A stretch of 64,000 nt of DNA from a bacterium. GTDB taxonomy: Bacteria > Electryoneota > Electryoneia > Electryoneales > Electryoneaceae. The stretch is from assembly GCA_963675295.2 (NCBI GenBank), contig CAXXKJ010000002.1, positions 480,001 through 544,000 of the forward strand, in the 5' to 3' direction. The translations under genes were made by a program, and so were the position numbers. The notes under the pieces are model-generated. The model worked only from the letters and a program-made list of their open reading frames with translations, ran no database searches and had not been told where the DNA came from. Below are positions 28,986-38,903 of this stretch, piece after piece. Each line of letters opens with the position of its first letter. The first letter of the stretch is position 1.

Positions 28986-30227
28986 CTAAATCATCGGCAG
29001 CCAGCTGTGGCCGGAGAAGCCGAGGCTGAGGTAGCTCACGCCGAGGTAGATCGCGAGCAGCACGAAGATGAGGCGCAGAATCTTTTCCGGGATGAACCGC
29101 AGCAGGCGTGGGCCGATCAACGAGCCGACGAACACACCCGCCATTTCGACGCCAATCAGTGTCCAGTCGATGAAGGTTCCGCCGACGAAAATGAAGGTCG
29201 CGATGGAGACGATCATCCCGATCAGCACGCTGAGCGCGCTGGTTCCGGCGACGATGAACATCGGCAAACCGACCAGCGCCGTCATGAACGGCACCAGCAG
29301 GAAGCCGCCGCCGATCCCGAGGAACGCCGACACACCGGCAATCACCAGCCCGCCGAGGAAGGTGAGAATCGGGCTGAAGGAGAAGTCGACACCGTAGAAG
29401 CTGAAGGTCGCCTTGCCAAGGCCGAATTTTTTCAGCTTGACCCCGCGTTCCACCCTGTCACCCTTGGTACGAACGTTCGTCTGAAACTCCTTCGCGGCTT
29501 TCTTCGCCTTGTTCTGGCCGCGTCGTCCGAACGGCGTCATGTACCACAGCAGGAAGATCGCGATGACGAAGGTGATGACACCAAACCAGCCGATGTAGGT
29601 GGACAGGTCCACGCGTCCGGCGGTGAAGAACGGCACGAGGAACGCGCCGGCGACGGTGCCGAGGCCGAGGGTCAGGGTCAACGGCCCGACCAGCTGGCCC
29701 TTGCGCCAGTAGTTGAACGATGAGATAAGCGCGGAGGTGGCGACGAGGAACTGGTTCGAGACGCGGATGGTATCGGTCAGCAGGCGGCTCAGCGCCGGGT
29801 TGGTGGTGTTGAACGCGCGGCCGTATTCGCCGAGTCCGAAAACGGAAAAGTGGCCGAGGCCGGCCATGACGCCGCCGAACGCGCCGAGGGTGGAAAACAG
29901 CAGGCCGACCACGATCGCCCACAGCGCGGCGGTGAGGTAGCTGACCTGTGGCGCGCCGGGGATGTTGGCGTAGCCGGGTACGGCCTCCGGATTGATCTGG
30001 CCGGGGTCGGTGCCCTTCGGGGTGGCGCTGATCGCCGCGCCCAGTTGACCGGGCAGACCGAGGTTGGTGCCGATCAGCTCGGGCTCGTCCGGAAGGATCT
30101 CCGCCTGGCCGCCGACCATGGCGTCACGGTTCGGTTCGGGTTCCGGCTTCGGCGGCTGCGCGTTCACGGTGGCAAGGGTCACCAGTAGCAGCAGGGCGGT
30201 CAGGGTCAGCAGGGGCCAGCGTTTCAT
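28986..30227 (-). CDS. TauE/SafE family (sulfite exporter-like) membrane protein
   Basis: LGAFGGVMAG and FLGIGGGFLLVPF...AGTS signature halves; N-terminal signal-like extension; GGAG RBS before ATG 30227. Confidence 0.88.
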   Translation of the reverse strand: MKRWPLLTLTALLLLVTLATVNAQPPKPEPEPNRDAMVGGQAEILPDEPELIGTNLGLPGQLGAAISATPKGTDPGQINPEAVPGYANIPGAPQVSYLTAALWAIVVGLLFSTLGAFGGVMAGLGHFSVFGLGEYGRAFNTTNPALSRLLTDTIRVSNQFLVATSALISSFNYWRKGQLVGPLTLTLGLGTVAGAFLVPFFTAGRVDLSTYIGWFGVITFVIAIFLLWYMTPFGRRGQNKAKKAAKEFQTNVRTKGDRVERGVKLKKFGLGKATFSFYGVDFSFSPILTFLGGLVIAGVSAFLGIGGGFLLVPFMTALVGLPMFIVAGTSALSVLIGMIVSIATFIFVGGTFIDWTLIGVEMAGVFVGSLIGPRLLRFIPEKILRLIFVLLAIYLGVSYLSLGFSGHSWLPMI

Positions 30228-30523
30228 CGATCTCTCCAACGGGACAAGTGACGCGGTTATTTCGGCCTCAAGGGTACGCATCATGAGCGGCAAAGATAAG
30301 GCGTGGGAGGGTGGCGGACGAGTCCGGCGAGCCGTGGACCGGGGCCGATATGTGGAGCGGGTCGTGGCGGATCGCAGTCTCGCTCCGGAGGGAGCAAAAT
30401 GCCGAAAAGTGTGATCTGTGTCGTTGCGGCGAAAGTGTCCACGGCGCTATGTTTTGCGCATTGAAGCCCGTTGGGGGCCTGAGGGGAACATCAGTTGAGG
30501 CAAGGATAAGGGAGATGGAAACC

Positions 30524-31222
30524 ATGAAACGGTTCGGTCTGGTTGTTCTGATGCTGCTGGTGGCTGGTTCGGCGATGGCGCAGCAGGGGTTTTTCGTTGG
30601 TGGTGCTGGCGTGCTTCTGATGGCGAAGGGTTCCGGTGAGTGGGAGAATGACGATTTTGACGTGACCACCGACATGCTCGACGCGGATGAGTGGGGCCTG
30701 AGCTGGGAGAGCAAGACGATGTACGGGTTCGCCCCGGTGGTTGGTTTCCGTATCAATGATTTGCTCGGTATTCGTGGTTCGTACACTTACCTGCTGAAGA
30801 AGACGGGTGAAGATGACGTGACCGAAAACAACGTCGAAACCACGGGTGAATCTGAGTGGACACAATCGCACATCCAGGTGATGGCGATGATTTATCCATT
30901 CCGCACCGGCAGCATGGAAAATTTCTACATCTGTGCGGGTATCGACCGGGCGTCTTTCACCATTGACCTGACCTACGAGCAAGACGACGGCAATCAGTCG
31001 GCAGAACTCAATGTGGACGACAACGGTTCAGCGACGGGCCTGATTTTCGGCGGTGGCTATGATTACCCAATCCAGCCGAACATGATTTTCTACGGCCAGG
31101 CTACGTATTCGACGGTGAAGTTCAACGATGACATCTTCTCCGGCCAGAACGAAATCGACGCTGAAATGGCGCTCGGCGGCCTTGCAATCGAAGCCGGTTT
31201 GAAGTTCTTCTTCAACAACTGA
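30524..31222 (+). CDS. Outer-membrane beta-barrel protein (about 8 strands)
   Basis: Signal peptide (AMA-Q), alternating amphipathic strands, C-terminal EAGLKFFF. Confidence 0.8.
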   Translation: MKRFGLVVLMLLVAGSAMAQQGFFVGGAGVLLMAKGSGEWENDDFDVTTDMLDADEWGLSWESKTMYGFAPVVGFRINDLLGIRGSYTYLLKKTGEDDVTENNVETTGESEWTQSHIQVMAMIYPFRTGSMENFYICAGIDRASFTIDLTYEQDDGNQSAELNVDDNGSATGLIFGGGYDYPIQPNMIFYGQATYSTVKFNDDIFSGQNEIDAEMALGGLAIEAGLKFFFNN

Positions 31223-31249
31223 TTCGATTCGCTCTGATACGCTCTTGTT

Positions 31250-31280
31250 ACGGCGGAGGGTCCACGACCTTTCGCCGTTT
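31250..31280 (+). terminator. Intrinsic terminator
   Basis: ACGGCGGAGGGTC-CAC-GACCTTTCGCCGTTT. Confidence 0.65.
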
Positions 31281-31343
31281 ATCTATTGGAGGTGACGGTG
31301 CTGGACAACGAGTGACCGTCTGCTGGGTTGCTTTGTGGATTTG

Positions 31344-32096
31344 TCAGCTGCCGGGTTTCGGGGTAGGGCGGAACTCGGACCCGTAGACCACGTCGACGTC
31401 CAACGGGCTGACCGCGCCGTTGTCCGCGAAGACACGTGCGGCGGCAAGCGCGAGAGCGTCCGGCACGGATCGCAGGGTGGTGTCCCGGCGCAGGCGGTCA
31501 CTGAGGGCGGTGTCAATGGCGTCACGGAACAGCTCGTACCCCTCGCCAAGGGGGAGCAGAAGCGGTGCGCTTTTTCTACCGAACGGGATTGACGTTCCGG
31601 CCTCACGGGTGATAAATGCATCTTCCCGCGCGTCACCCGAGTCAAGTTCGGGCACCGGGACCGCGTCAAACGGCGCGAACTCGATAAGATCGCTGAGCGT
31701 TTCGAACTCCACCCCTCCGCGCACAACCTGACCCTTTACCAGCCTGCCACCGGCGCGGTGAATCGCCCAGACGAGTCCGTGCTCGAGGCGTGCCGCCAGC
31801 AGGCGCGGTGTTTCCACGGGAATGATTGGCACCTGCAGCGCTTCCGCCAGCCCGGCCGCGAATGCAACGCCGACCCGCAGCCCTGTGAAACCGCCGGGTC
31901 CGACGACAACCGCGATGCCGTCCAGGGAAGCCCGCCAGCCGTCGTGTTCATCGAGCCAGACGCGAACGCCATCCGCGAGCACCGTGTCGTGCTTGTTGGT
32001 CCCCTCGACAAGGACGGGATCGATGGCCGTGTCGTTTTCGACGCCGCACCAGAGGGTCTGCGGGGACGAGGTATCGATGGCGAGCAGGCGGCTCAT
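31344..32096 (-). CDS. tsaB: tRNA threonylcarbamoyladenosine biosynthesis protein TsaB
   Basis: MSRLLAIDTSS, GPGGFTGLRVG motif; start overlaps upstream stop (TGATG). Confidence 0.9.
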   Translation of the reverse strand: MSRLLAIDTSSPQTLWCGVENDTAIDPVLVEGTNKHDTVLADGVRVWLDEHDGWRASLDGIAVVVGPGGFTGLRVGVAFAAGLAEALQVPIIPVETPRLLAARLEHGLVWAIHRAGGRLVKGQVVRGGVEFETLSDLIEFAPFDAVPVPELDSGDAREDAFITREAGTSIPFGRKSAPLLLPLGEGYELFRDAIDTALSDRLRRDTTLRSVPDALALAAARVFADNGAVSPLDVDVVYGSEFRPTPKPGS

Positions 32097-33502
32097 CAGC
32101 ACCCTCCCTGGGGGGAGTCGCTGGCGTCCGCTGGGTTGTTCAGCTCTTCGGGGCGTCGTGTCCACGGTGGCGCGTGGCCGTGCTTGCGGTTGTGAACATG
32201 GGCGTGTTCCGGGATACGGCGTTGTTCGAAATCGGCAGCCGCTTCGCCGAACAGTTCCTTGAACTTGGCCAGGATACGGTCCTTCTCCTGCGGCGTGAAC
32301 GAAGCGCGGTGTTCTTTCAGCACCGCCATTGGAACGTGGCAGATCATACAGTCGACGATGATGAAGTCGTCGTCCTCGTAGTGGATCGGGGTTTTGACTT
32401 CCCGGTCGAACGCCAGCCCGCAGAGGTCGCAACCTTCGTCGTAGAGGCGCAGCGTGTCGGAGATTGGGCGCATGTACGAACTGACTTTTCCGCGTGCCTT
32501 GACCCGATCGCGGCGGGTGGTCAGCCACTTTTTCCAGCGGTACCACTCGGCGGTCTGGCCGACTCCGGCGAGCAACGGCAGCTGACCCTTGAAGCCGAGT
32601 TTCTCCTCGGCCTTGGTGCCGTCCAGCGTCCAGCGCGGGGTGGTGATGTCCGGCAGCTTGTCGACCAGGAACGGCGGCTGCGTGACCATGCTGAGGAACG
32701 GATACACCAGCGGATACAGGGCCTTCAGCAACGCGGGCGAGATGGCGATTTTCTTCGGTGTCGCGCTGAGCACGGTGGCGATGGTGTCACCGAACTCGGC
32801 TTGCGGGATCGGGGCGAACGGGGCGGCGTTGAAGATTTCTCCGACCGCGTTCTCGTGGAAAAGCTGGTCACCGATCTGGCGGGCGAGGTCCTGGACGTGA
32901 ACAAAGCTGATCTGGTGTGCTGGGCCGACCATCGGCATGATCCCGCGTGAGATCATGGTGAACAGTGGCAGGAAGGCGTGGTCGCGGGGGCCATACACCG
33001 ACGGCGGCCGAACAATGGTGACGGGCAGCTGGTCCTGGTAGCGCAGCAGGATGGTTTCCGCGAGCAGTTTGCTGCGGCCATAGTGGGTGATCGGTTCGGG
33101 CGGATCGGATTCCCGTCGCCAGCGCGCTCCGGACGGTCCCCCGGCGGCCTGGCTTGAGACGAGCAGAAAGCGTGGGCGGTCGTTGCCGGTGTGGACATCG
33201 AGTACGGCCTTAATCAGGTTGTGCGTACCCTCGCTGTTGTGCAGGTAGTAGAGATAGCGATGTTGGGCGGCGACAACGCCTGCATTATGGACGATCTTGT
33301 CCACGCCTTCGACGGCGGCGGGCAGGCTGTCCGGGTCGTCGAGCGAGCCGTAGACCAGTTCAACCGGCTTGTTTTCGAGCCAGCTGAGGTCGGATGTGGT
33401 GCGCACCATCGCGCGCACGTTGTTTCCCCTGCGCAGCAGGCAGTCCACAATGTGGCTGCCGACAAATCCATTCGCGCCGGTCACCAGAATGGTTGACGCC
33501 AT
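32096..33502 (-). CDS. NAD-dependent epimerase/dehydratase (extended SDR) fused to a Cys/His HIT-like domain
   Basis: TGANGFVG Rossmann motif, HNAG, YGRSK catalytic YxxxK, RPPSVYGP; C-terminal CDLC, CMIC, HAHVH. Confidence 0.88.
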   Translation of the reverse strand: MASTILVTGANGFVGSHIVDCLLRRGNNVRAMVRTTSDLSWLENKPVELVYGSLDDPDSLPAAVEGVDKIVHNAGVVAAQHRYLYYLHNSEGTHNLIKAVLDVHTGNDRPRFLLVSSQAAGGPSGARWRRESDPPEPITHYGRSKLLAETILLRYQDQLPVTIVRPPSVYGPRDHAFLPLFTMISRGIMPMVGPAHQISFVHVQDLARQIGDQLFHENAVGEIFNAAPFAPIPQAEFGDTIATVLSATPKKIAISPALLKALYPLVYPFLSMVTQPPFLVDKLPDITTPRWTLDGTKAEEKLGFKGQLPLLAGVGQTAEWYRWKKWLTTRRDRVKARGKVSSYMRPISDTLRLYDEGCDLCGLAFDREVKTPIHYEDDDFIIVDCMICHVPMAVLKEHRASFTPQEKDRILAKFKELFGEAAADFEQRRIPEHAHVHNRKHGHAPPWTRRPEELNNPADASDSPQGGC

Positions 33503-33623
33503 TGGTCGTCCTGTCTGAGTGATGATGTATAGCTGGAGAGTATTGCCTGGGGTGGGGCAGGTTCAAGGGATCGCTGAGCCAAAATGGCTCAGCGATCCGG
33601 ATATGCCGGTCGGGAGGACGGTA

Positions 33624-36600
33624 TCAGTTGTCGAGCTTGCCGTCGAGGATTTCACGAATCAGGTTGATGAAATCCGTTGGCTTGAACGGTTTCGAGATAA
33701 ACGGGATGCCGCCGGCGATCAGTTCGGATGTCTTGTCGGCATCGAAGGAATAGCCGGACATGAACAGGATCGGCGCGTTGTACTGGATTTCGCGCAGGGC
33801 GACGACAAAATCATTGCCATTCATCTGCGGCATGACGACATCGGTTACAATCAGGTCCGGTGCATGCTTCATGGAGTTAAGTTCGTCCAGCGCCTGTTTG
33901 GCGGAATCGAATTCGAGAACAGTATAGCCATACCGATGCAGCGAACGGGCGGTGCTGCGGCGTACCAGCGGATCATCTTCGACCAGCATAATGGTTTCCG
34001 TGCCTTCGAGCACCGATTTGGTTTCTTCGGGCGATTTCACCTTGTCAGCTTCCACCAGCACACGGGGGAAGCGCAGCTGGAACGTTGTGCCAGCGCCGAG
34101 TTCGCTCTGCAGACTGATGATACCATTGGCCTGCTTGACGATACTGGTGACCGTTGCCAGACCGAGGCCGGTACCCTTTCCGGCCTCCTTGGTGGTGAAG
34201 AACGGTTCAAAGATGTGCTCGACGGTCTCGGCGTCAATTCCGGTGCCGGTATCCTGAACTTCCAGCAGCACGTGATCGCTGTTCAGGTCACAGGATGGAT
34301 CATTGTTGGCGTCCAAGGCGGTAATGTTTCGTGTGCGCAGTGTCAGCGTGCCACCCTCTTGCATCGCGTCGCGTGCGTTAACGGCCAGGTTGACGAGAAT
34401 CTGCTCAAGCTGGACGGGGTCCATTTTGTGCGACCAGAGGCCTTCCTGCTTGTCCGACACGAGGTGAATGTGTTCGCCGATGGTTCGGCGGAGCAGTTTT
34501 TCCGAACCGCTGAGGACATCGTTGAGACACAGGGTGATCGGATTGTTGCTGCGTTTCCGGCTGAAGGAGAGCAGTTGCCGTGTCAGTTGGGATGCGCGTT
34601 CGGCGATGTTGCCGATTTCCGCCAGTTCGCCGCGCAGGTCGACATCATCCTGCGAAAGCAGCAGCAGGTCAACGTTTCCGGAGATCACGGTCAACAGGTT
34701 GTTGAAATCGTGCGCGATTCCGCCGGTGAGGTTGCCGACAGTTTCCATCTTCTGGGCGTGCGCGAGTTCCTTCTCCAGCTCCAGCTCACGAGTGATGTTG
34801 CGTTTGCTGGCAATGTGTCCGACAACGTTCCCTTCGTTGTCACGAATCGGCGCGATAACGGCGTATTCGTGGAACAGCGTGCCATCCTTTGCCTTGCCAG
34901 TGATTCGGTTCTCCCAGACATGGCCGCTGTTCACCGTGTTCATCATCTCATCCCAGAACTCCTGGGAATGTCTGCCACTTTCGAAAATGTTGGTGTGTTT
35001 TCCAATTAACTCGTCGTGTCGGTATCCTGAAATCCGCACGACAGCTTGGTTGACGTACTCAATTATTCCGTTGGTATCAGTGATGATCACCGCTTCGGCG
35101 GATTGATTCAGGGCGGTCGCCAGCTTGCGCAGGTCTTCCTCGGCCTTGACGCGCTGGGTGATATCGCGGACAATGGAAATGACCAGGGTCGTATCTTCGT
35201 ATTTGATCATACTGGCTGAAACTTCCACCGGAATACGTTGGCCGTCTTTCGAGCGGTGAACCTGTTCGAAGATCGCGCGTCCATCATTGTACAGGGAGTC
35301 CATGATCGGACCCAGTGGGGAAGCAAACTGGGGATCGTCAATGTCATAGACACTCAGGCCGAGCAACTCTTCCCGTGTATAGCCCAACCGTTCACAAGCT
35401 ATATCATTGACTTCAAGGAACGGGCCCAAGCTTCCGTCCGCGTTCAACCGGTGCACGAAGACGGCGTCGGTGATGCCCTGCAGCAAACCACGGAACCAGC
35501 GTTCACTGCGTAGCAGAGCCTGTTCGGCTTCGACACGATCGGAGACGTCCGTGCTGATGATTCCCAGTCCGTCCCCCAGCGGGAACATGCGGATCGCCAG
35601 GTGCCGTTCGGGTTGATTCGGCAGACGAAACACGTCGAAGGCGTACTCGATCGTACCCTGTTCCATTGTACGCCGGCATTTGGCAATGTTTTCGGGAGGA
35701 GCGATGCTGTCGAGTCTGGTTCCGCGCAGATCATGGATGGTAGTGCCCGGCGGGTGCATGTTGATGCCGGACTTGCTCATGTCGACGAGCTCCAGGTCGC
35801 GGGTCCAGATGGCGATGATGTCCGGTGACGAGTTCATGAGATCACGGAATCGCGTCTCGCTTTCACGAAGTGCGTCGTTGGCCTCATGCTGCTTGGTGAC
35901 ATCAGTGAAGGTGACAGCAACCCGGTTGTCTGGGAGCGGGAAAACGTGGGTGGAAAAATAGCCTTTCATTCTCCCGTCGTCATAGAATTCCTCATTCTGC
36001 GTAAACGCTTTCCCCGTTCTTGCCGTGTTAAGGTATTTATCCGTAATCCCGTACTCTTTCGCCATTGGCCATAACTCATTGAATTCCTTGCCAAGACAGG
36101 CCTTCTCCGTAATCCCTGTAATCTTCTCCGCAGCTGGGTTTGCGGAAACCAGGTAGAGTTTGTCGGGTTCTTCGAATCGATACGTGAACAATCCAGTGGG
36201 AATCGAAGTAACCAACTGGTGGGAAAGCAGTTTCTCAGCCTCAGCTGTTTTCCGGTCAGTCAAGTCACGAATGACAGACAGGACTGCTGGGCGGTCATGG
36301 TAGGTTACGACTTTCGAATGAACTTCAACCTGTATGCGTTCACCTTCACGAGTAATTAACTTGGTTTCAAAGACTTCTGGAACCTTTTCGCCACGAAGCC
36401 GGCGCATGTGGATTTCCGCAACCCGTTCTTTCTCTTCCGGAGCCACCGCATCCAGAATCCCGGAAGAAATATTTCTGCGAATATCTCCACCCCTGCCTGT
36501 GACCAATGCTTTGTTATAATAGACAATCTGCTCATCCTGAATAAGAACAATATAGTCATTTGTATTTTCAGTAATAAGATTAAGAATATGCTCTCTTTCA

Positions 36601-37133
36601 AATAGATTTTTCTCTTTAATCTTTTTTAATGTTATATCTTGAGCAATACCGACGACATAGTTATTATGATCAATCGACATAGCTTTAATAACTCGATCAT
36701 GAATCCAGCGAATCTGATTGTTCGGCAATTTTACTTGATATTCTACATCAAATTCTATTTCACCAGCCAAGAATCGTTGAAATTCTCCAGAAACCCGCTT
36801 ATTATCATCATTTACGATCATGTTGGTCCAGAGAGAGGGGGTAGATAGCACATTGTCAACGGGAATGCCTGTAAGGATTTCAAACGAGGGGCTGACGAAC
36901 AGCATTTCGTGAGTCTGCGTATCCTGAATCCAGAGGATGTCGGTGCTGTTTTCCGCAAACAGCCGTAGCAGATTATCGGCAGAGAAGTGCCGGAGTGTTT
37001 TAGCGAACGGGTCTTTTTTCTTCGCCAGCTTCGCTTTGCCAGATTGCACGTCTGTCCCCTTGCGCTCCTGATCAGATGCTACTTCCACTATCCCCGAATG
37101 CCGAGTAACTACGGATGATCGCTTCTGGTACAT
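33624..37133 (-). CDS. Multi-PAS hybrid sensor histidine kinase with receiver domain
   Basis: About six PAS/PAC repeats; AHDFNNLL H-box; NARDAM, DTGTGI, FEPFFTTK, GTGLGL; receiver VEDD...DVVMP...KPF. Confidence 0.95.
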   Translation of the reverse strand: MYQKRSSVVTRHSGIVEVASDQERKGTDVQSGKAKLAKKKDPFAKTLRHFSADNLLRLFAENSTDILWIQDTQTHEMLFVSPSFEILTGIPVDNVLSTPSLWTNMIVNDDNKRVSGEFQRFLAGEIEFDVEYQVKLPNNQIRWIHDRVIKAMSIDHNNYVVGIAQDITLKKIKEKNLFEREHILNLITENTNDYIVLIQDEQIVYYNKALVTGRGGDIRRNISSGILDAVAPEEKERVAEIHMRRLRGEKVPEVFETKLITREGERIQVEVHSKVVTYHDRPAVLSVIRDLTDRKTAEAEKLLSHQLVTSIPTGLFTYRFEEPDKLYLVSANPAAEKITGITEKACLGKEFNELWPMAKEYGITDKYLNTARTGKAFTQNEEFYDDGRMKGYFSTHVFPLPDNRVAVTFTDVTKQHEANDALRESETRFRDLMNSSPDIIAIWTRDLELVDMSKSGINMHPPGTTIHDLRGTRLDSIAPPENIAKCRRTMEQGTIEYAFDVFRLPNQPERHLAIRMFPLGDGLGIISTDVSDRVEAEQALLRSERWFRGLLQGITDAVFVHRLNADGSLGPFLEVNDIACERLGYTREELLGLSVYDIDDPQFASPLGPIMDSLYNDGRAIFEQVHRSKDGQRIPVEVSASMIKYEDTTLVISIVRDITQRVKAEEDLRKLATALNQSAEAVIITDTNGIIEYVNQAVVRISGYRHDELIGKHTNIFESGRHSQEFWDEMMNTVNSGHVWENRITGKAKDGTLFHEYAVIAPIRDNEGNVVGHIASKRNITRELELEKELAHAQKMETVGNLTGGIAHDFNNLLTVISGNVDLLLLSQDDVDLRGELAEIGNIAERASQLTRQLLSFSRKRSNNPITLCLNDVLSGSEKLLRRTIGEHIHLVSDKQEGLWSHKMDPVQLEQILVNLAVNARDAMQEGGTLTLRTRNITALDANNDPSCDLNSDHVLLEVQDTGTGIDAETVEHIFEPFFTTKEAGKGTGLGLATVTSIVKQANGIISLQSELGAGTTFQLRFPRVLVEADKVKSPEETKSVLEGTETIMLVEDDPLVRRSTARSLHRYGYTVLEFDSAKQALDELNSMKHAPDLIVTDVVMPQMNGNDFVVALREIQYNAPILFMSGYSFDADKTSELIAGGIPFISKPFKPTDFINLIREILDGKLDN

Positions 37134-37392
37134 CGTGGTGAAGCATAACTATGCGCAGCAATCTTTGCGCCAAACGGTATTGCACCTGCTATCCCGGGCT
37201 TACGGATATCATCTTTAGATGTTTCAGCCGGTATACTCACATACGGGAACCTGACGTCTCGAGGCTATAATTACAATAACACACGGAAGATAAGATAATT
37301 AATAGAAGAATGATGGGTTAGGCGGAGTTGTGCTCTCCTCGGTAAAAGAGAGACACGAGAAACGCGAAAACCGTTGATAACTCTCCGTGGGA

Positions 37393-38529
37393 TTATAGCT
37401 CTTTTTGGTACATTCGGTAGGTTTTGGTGCGTTGCGCGCCCATCATCTCGGCGGCCTTGATCATCGGTTCGTTGGTTTCCAGCACCCAGCCGATCTCACC
37501 TTCCTGGTAGCCGTATTTCGGACCATCAACGAAGTGATCGTGGTACATGACGGCATCAATCCCGCGTCCGCGGTATTCTTCCAGCACACCCATCAGCAGG
37601 ATCCGGACTTTGTTCAGCGCGCCTTTGCGGGTGTGCCACATCAGTTTTGGCAGGCCGAACGGGAGCAGGCGTCCGTCACGGATCTTTACGACAGCCTCGT
37701 TGATATCGGGCAGGGCCAGCGAGAATCCGACGAGTTGGTTGTCTTTCGCCGGATCTTCGGCGAAGTAGATGAGGCGGTAGTCGTAGACCTGTTTCAGGTT
37801 GGTGGCGAGATGCTTGAACTCGGTGTCGGTCATCGGGACCGCGCCCCAGTTCTTCTCCCACGCGACCTTGTAAATGTCCCAGATCTTGTAAGCATCGCCC
37901 CAGAAATCCTTTGGGTTGAAGTGGCGGTAAGTGACCTTGGAGCGTTTGCGCAGAGCTTCGGCGCTGCGAGCGAGTTTAGGCGACATGGAATTTTCGTCCA
38001 CGCGGAAGCAGTGGATGTCCATCGCCTTGTCGTGGCCGAGGGATTCGATCAGTTCGGGATAGTAGGGCGGGTTGTAGGGCATCATGATCGCCGGTCGCTG
38101 GTCGAAGGCGTTGATCAGGATACCGATGTCTTCGTTGATGGACGGATTGAACGGTCCGCGCAGCAGGTTCAGGTTCCAGGCGCGTCCGGCTTCGATGACC
38201 TTGTCGAACAGGGTCTGGGCGACAGCCTTGTCGTTAATTGTTTCGAAGTGGCCCCAGTGGCAGGTGGTTTCGTTGTGTTCGGTGTTGTGGGCGTCATCGT
38301 TGATCGCGGCGATGCGTCCCACCGGCCTGCCGTTTTTGTAGGCGACGAAGCGGCGCATTTTGGCGTGTTCGAAGAACGGGTTCTTTTTTTCGTCGAACAT
38401 CTCTTTCGCCTGGACACGTAGCGGCGGCACCCAGACGGGGTTTTTGCCCAGCACGATGTACGGAACCTCGAGGAAGTCCTTAAAGGGTTTGCCGTTCGGC
38501 GCTTCGACGATCTGGATGCTGTCGCTCAT
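37393..38529 (-). CDS. Tandem-GNAT N-acyltransferase, candidate bacterial ceramide synthase (bCerS-like)
   Basis: WVPPL...NPFFEHA...VGRIAA, GPFNPSIN, PYNPPYY, NWGAVP, LPDIN, GVLEEYRGRG, WVLETN motifs as I recall them for this family. Confidence 0.75.
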   Translation of the reverse strand: MSDSIQIVEAPNGKPFKDFLEVPYIVLGKNPVWVPPLRVQAKEMFDEKKNPFFEHAKMRRFVAYKNGRPVGRIAAINDDAHNTEHNETTCHWGHFETINDKAVAQTLFDKVIEAGRAWNLNLLRGPFNPSINEDIGILINAFDQRPAIMMPYNPPYYPELIESLGHDKAMDIHCFRVDENSMSPKLARSAEALRKRSKVTYRHFNPKDFWGDAYKIWDIYKVAWEKNWGAVPMTDTEFKHLATNLKQVYDYRLIYFAEDPAKDNQLVGFSLALPDINEAVVKIRDGRLLPFGLPKLMWHTRKGALNKVRILLMGVLEEYRGRGIDAVMYHDHFVDGPKYGYQEGEIGWVLETNEPMIKAAEMMGAQRTKTYRMYQKEL

Positions 38530-38903
38530 GGTATGTCCGGGTTGTGGAGCGGTTCGGAATGGACGGAAAGGTGCGCAGAGGGTCAAGGTTTTGCAAGGGT
38601 TGGAGCGGCTGAGTGTGGGGCGAAGGTGTCAGCAGCGGGGAACGGCGGGCAAGTTCGGGAGCGAATGAGCCCAGACTTGAACGTCTGAAGCATGTGGACC
38701 GGTCGTGTGGTCGAATCCGTGTGCGGCGATCTCTGGATTCCTCCTCCGGGTCGTTTGAATCGGCGTTGTGGGGGTGTATCCTTGAGCTTCGCGGCTGTGG
38801 TGACCCATGAGTTACGCTCGGCCCTCGGCTACCGGCGTCACGAATGCACTGCAGCTGGTTGCATGACCACACGTTCCAACTGTCCCGGGAGATGATCACC
38901 GTC

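Noticed and set aside
31570-31655. Possible second in-frame palindromic insert, in tsaB
   Set aside because: Only a 7-bp inverted repeat (CGGGTGA/TCACCCG) without the family flanks; needs an orthologue alignment
32097-32546. N-terminal extension of the 400-aa tsaB ORF
   Set aside because: Overlaps the SDR-HIT gene in another frame; TsaB homology begins at ATG 32096
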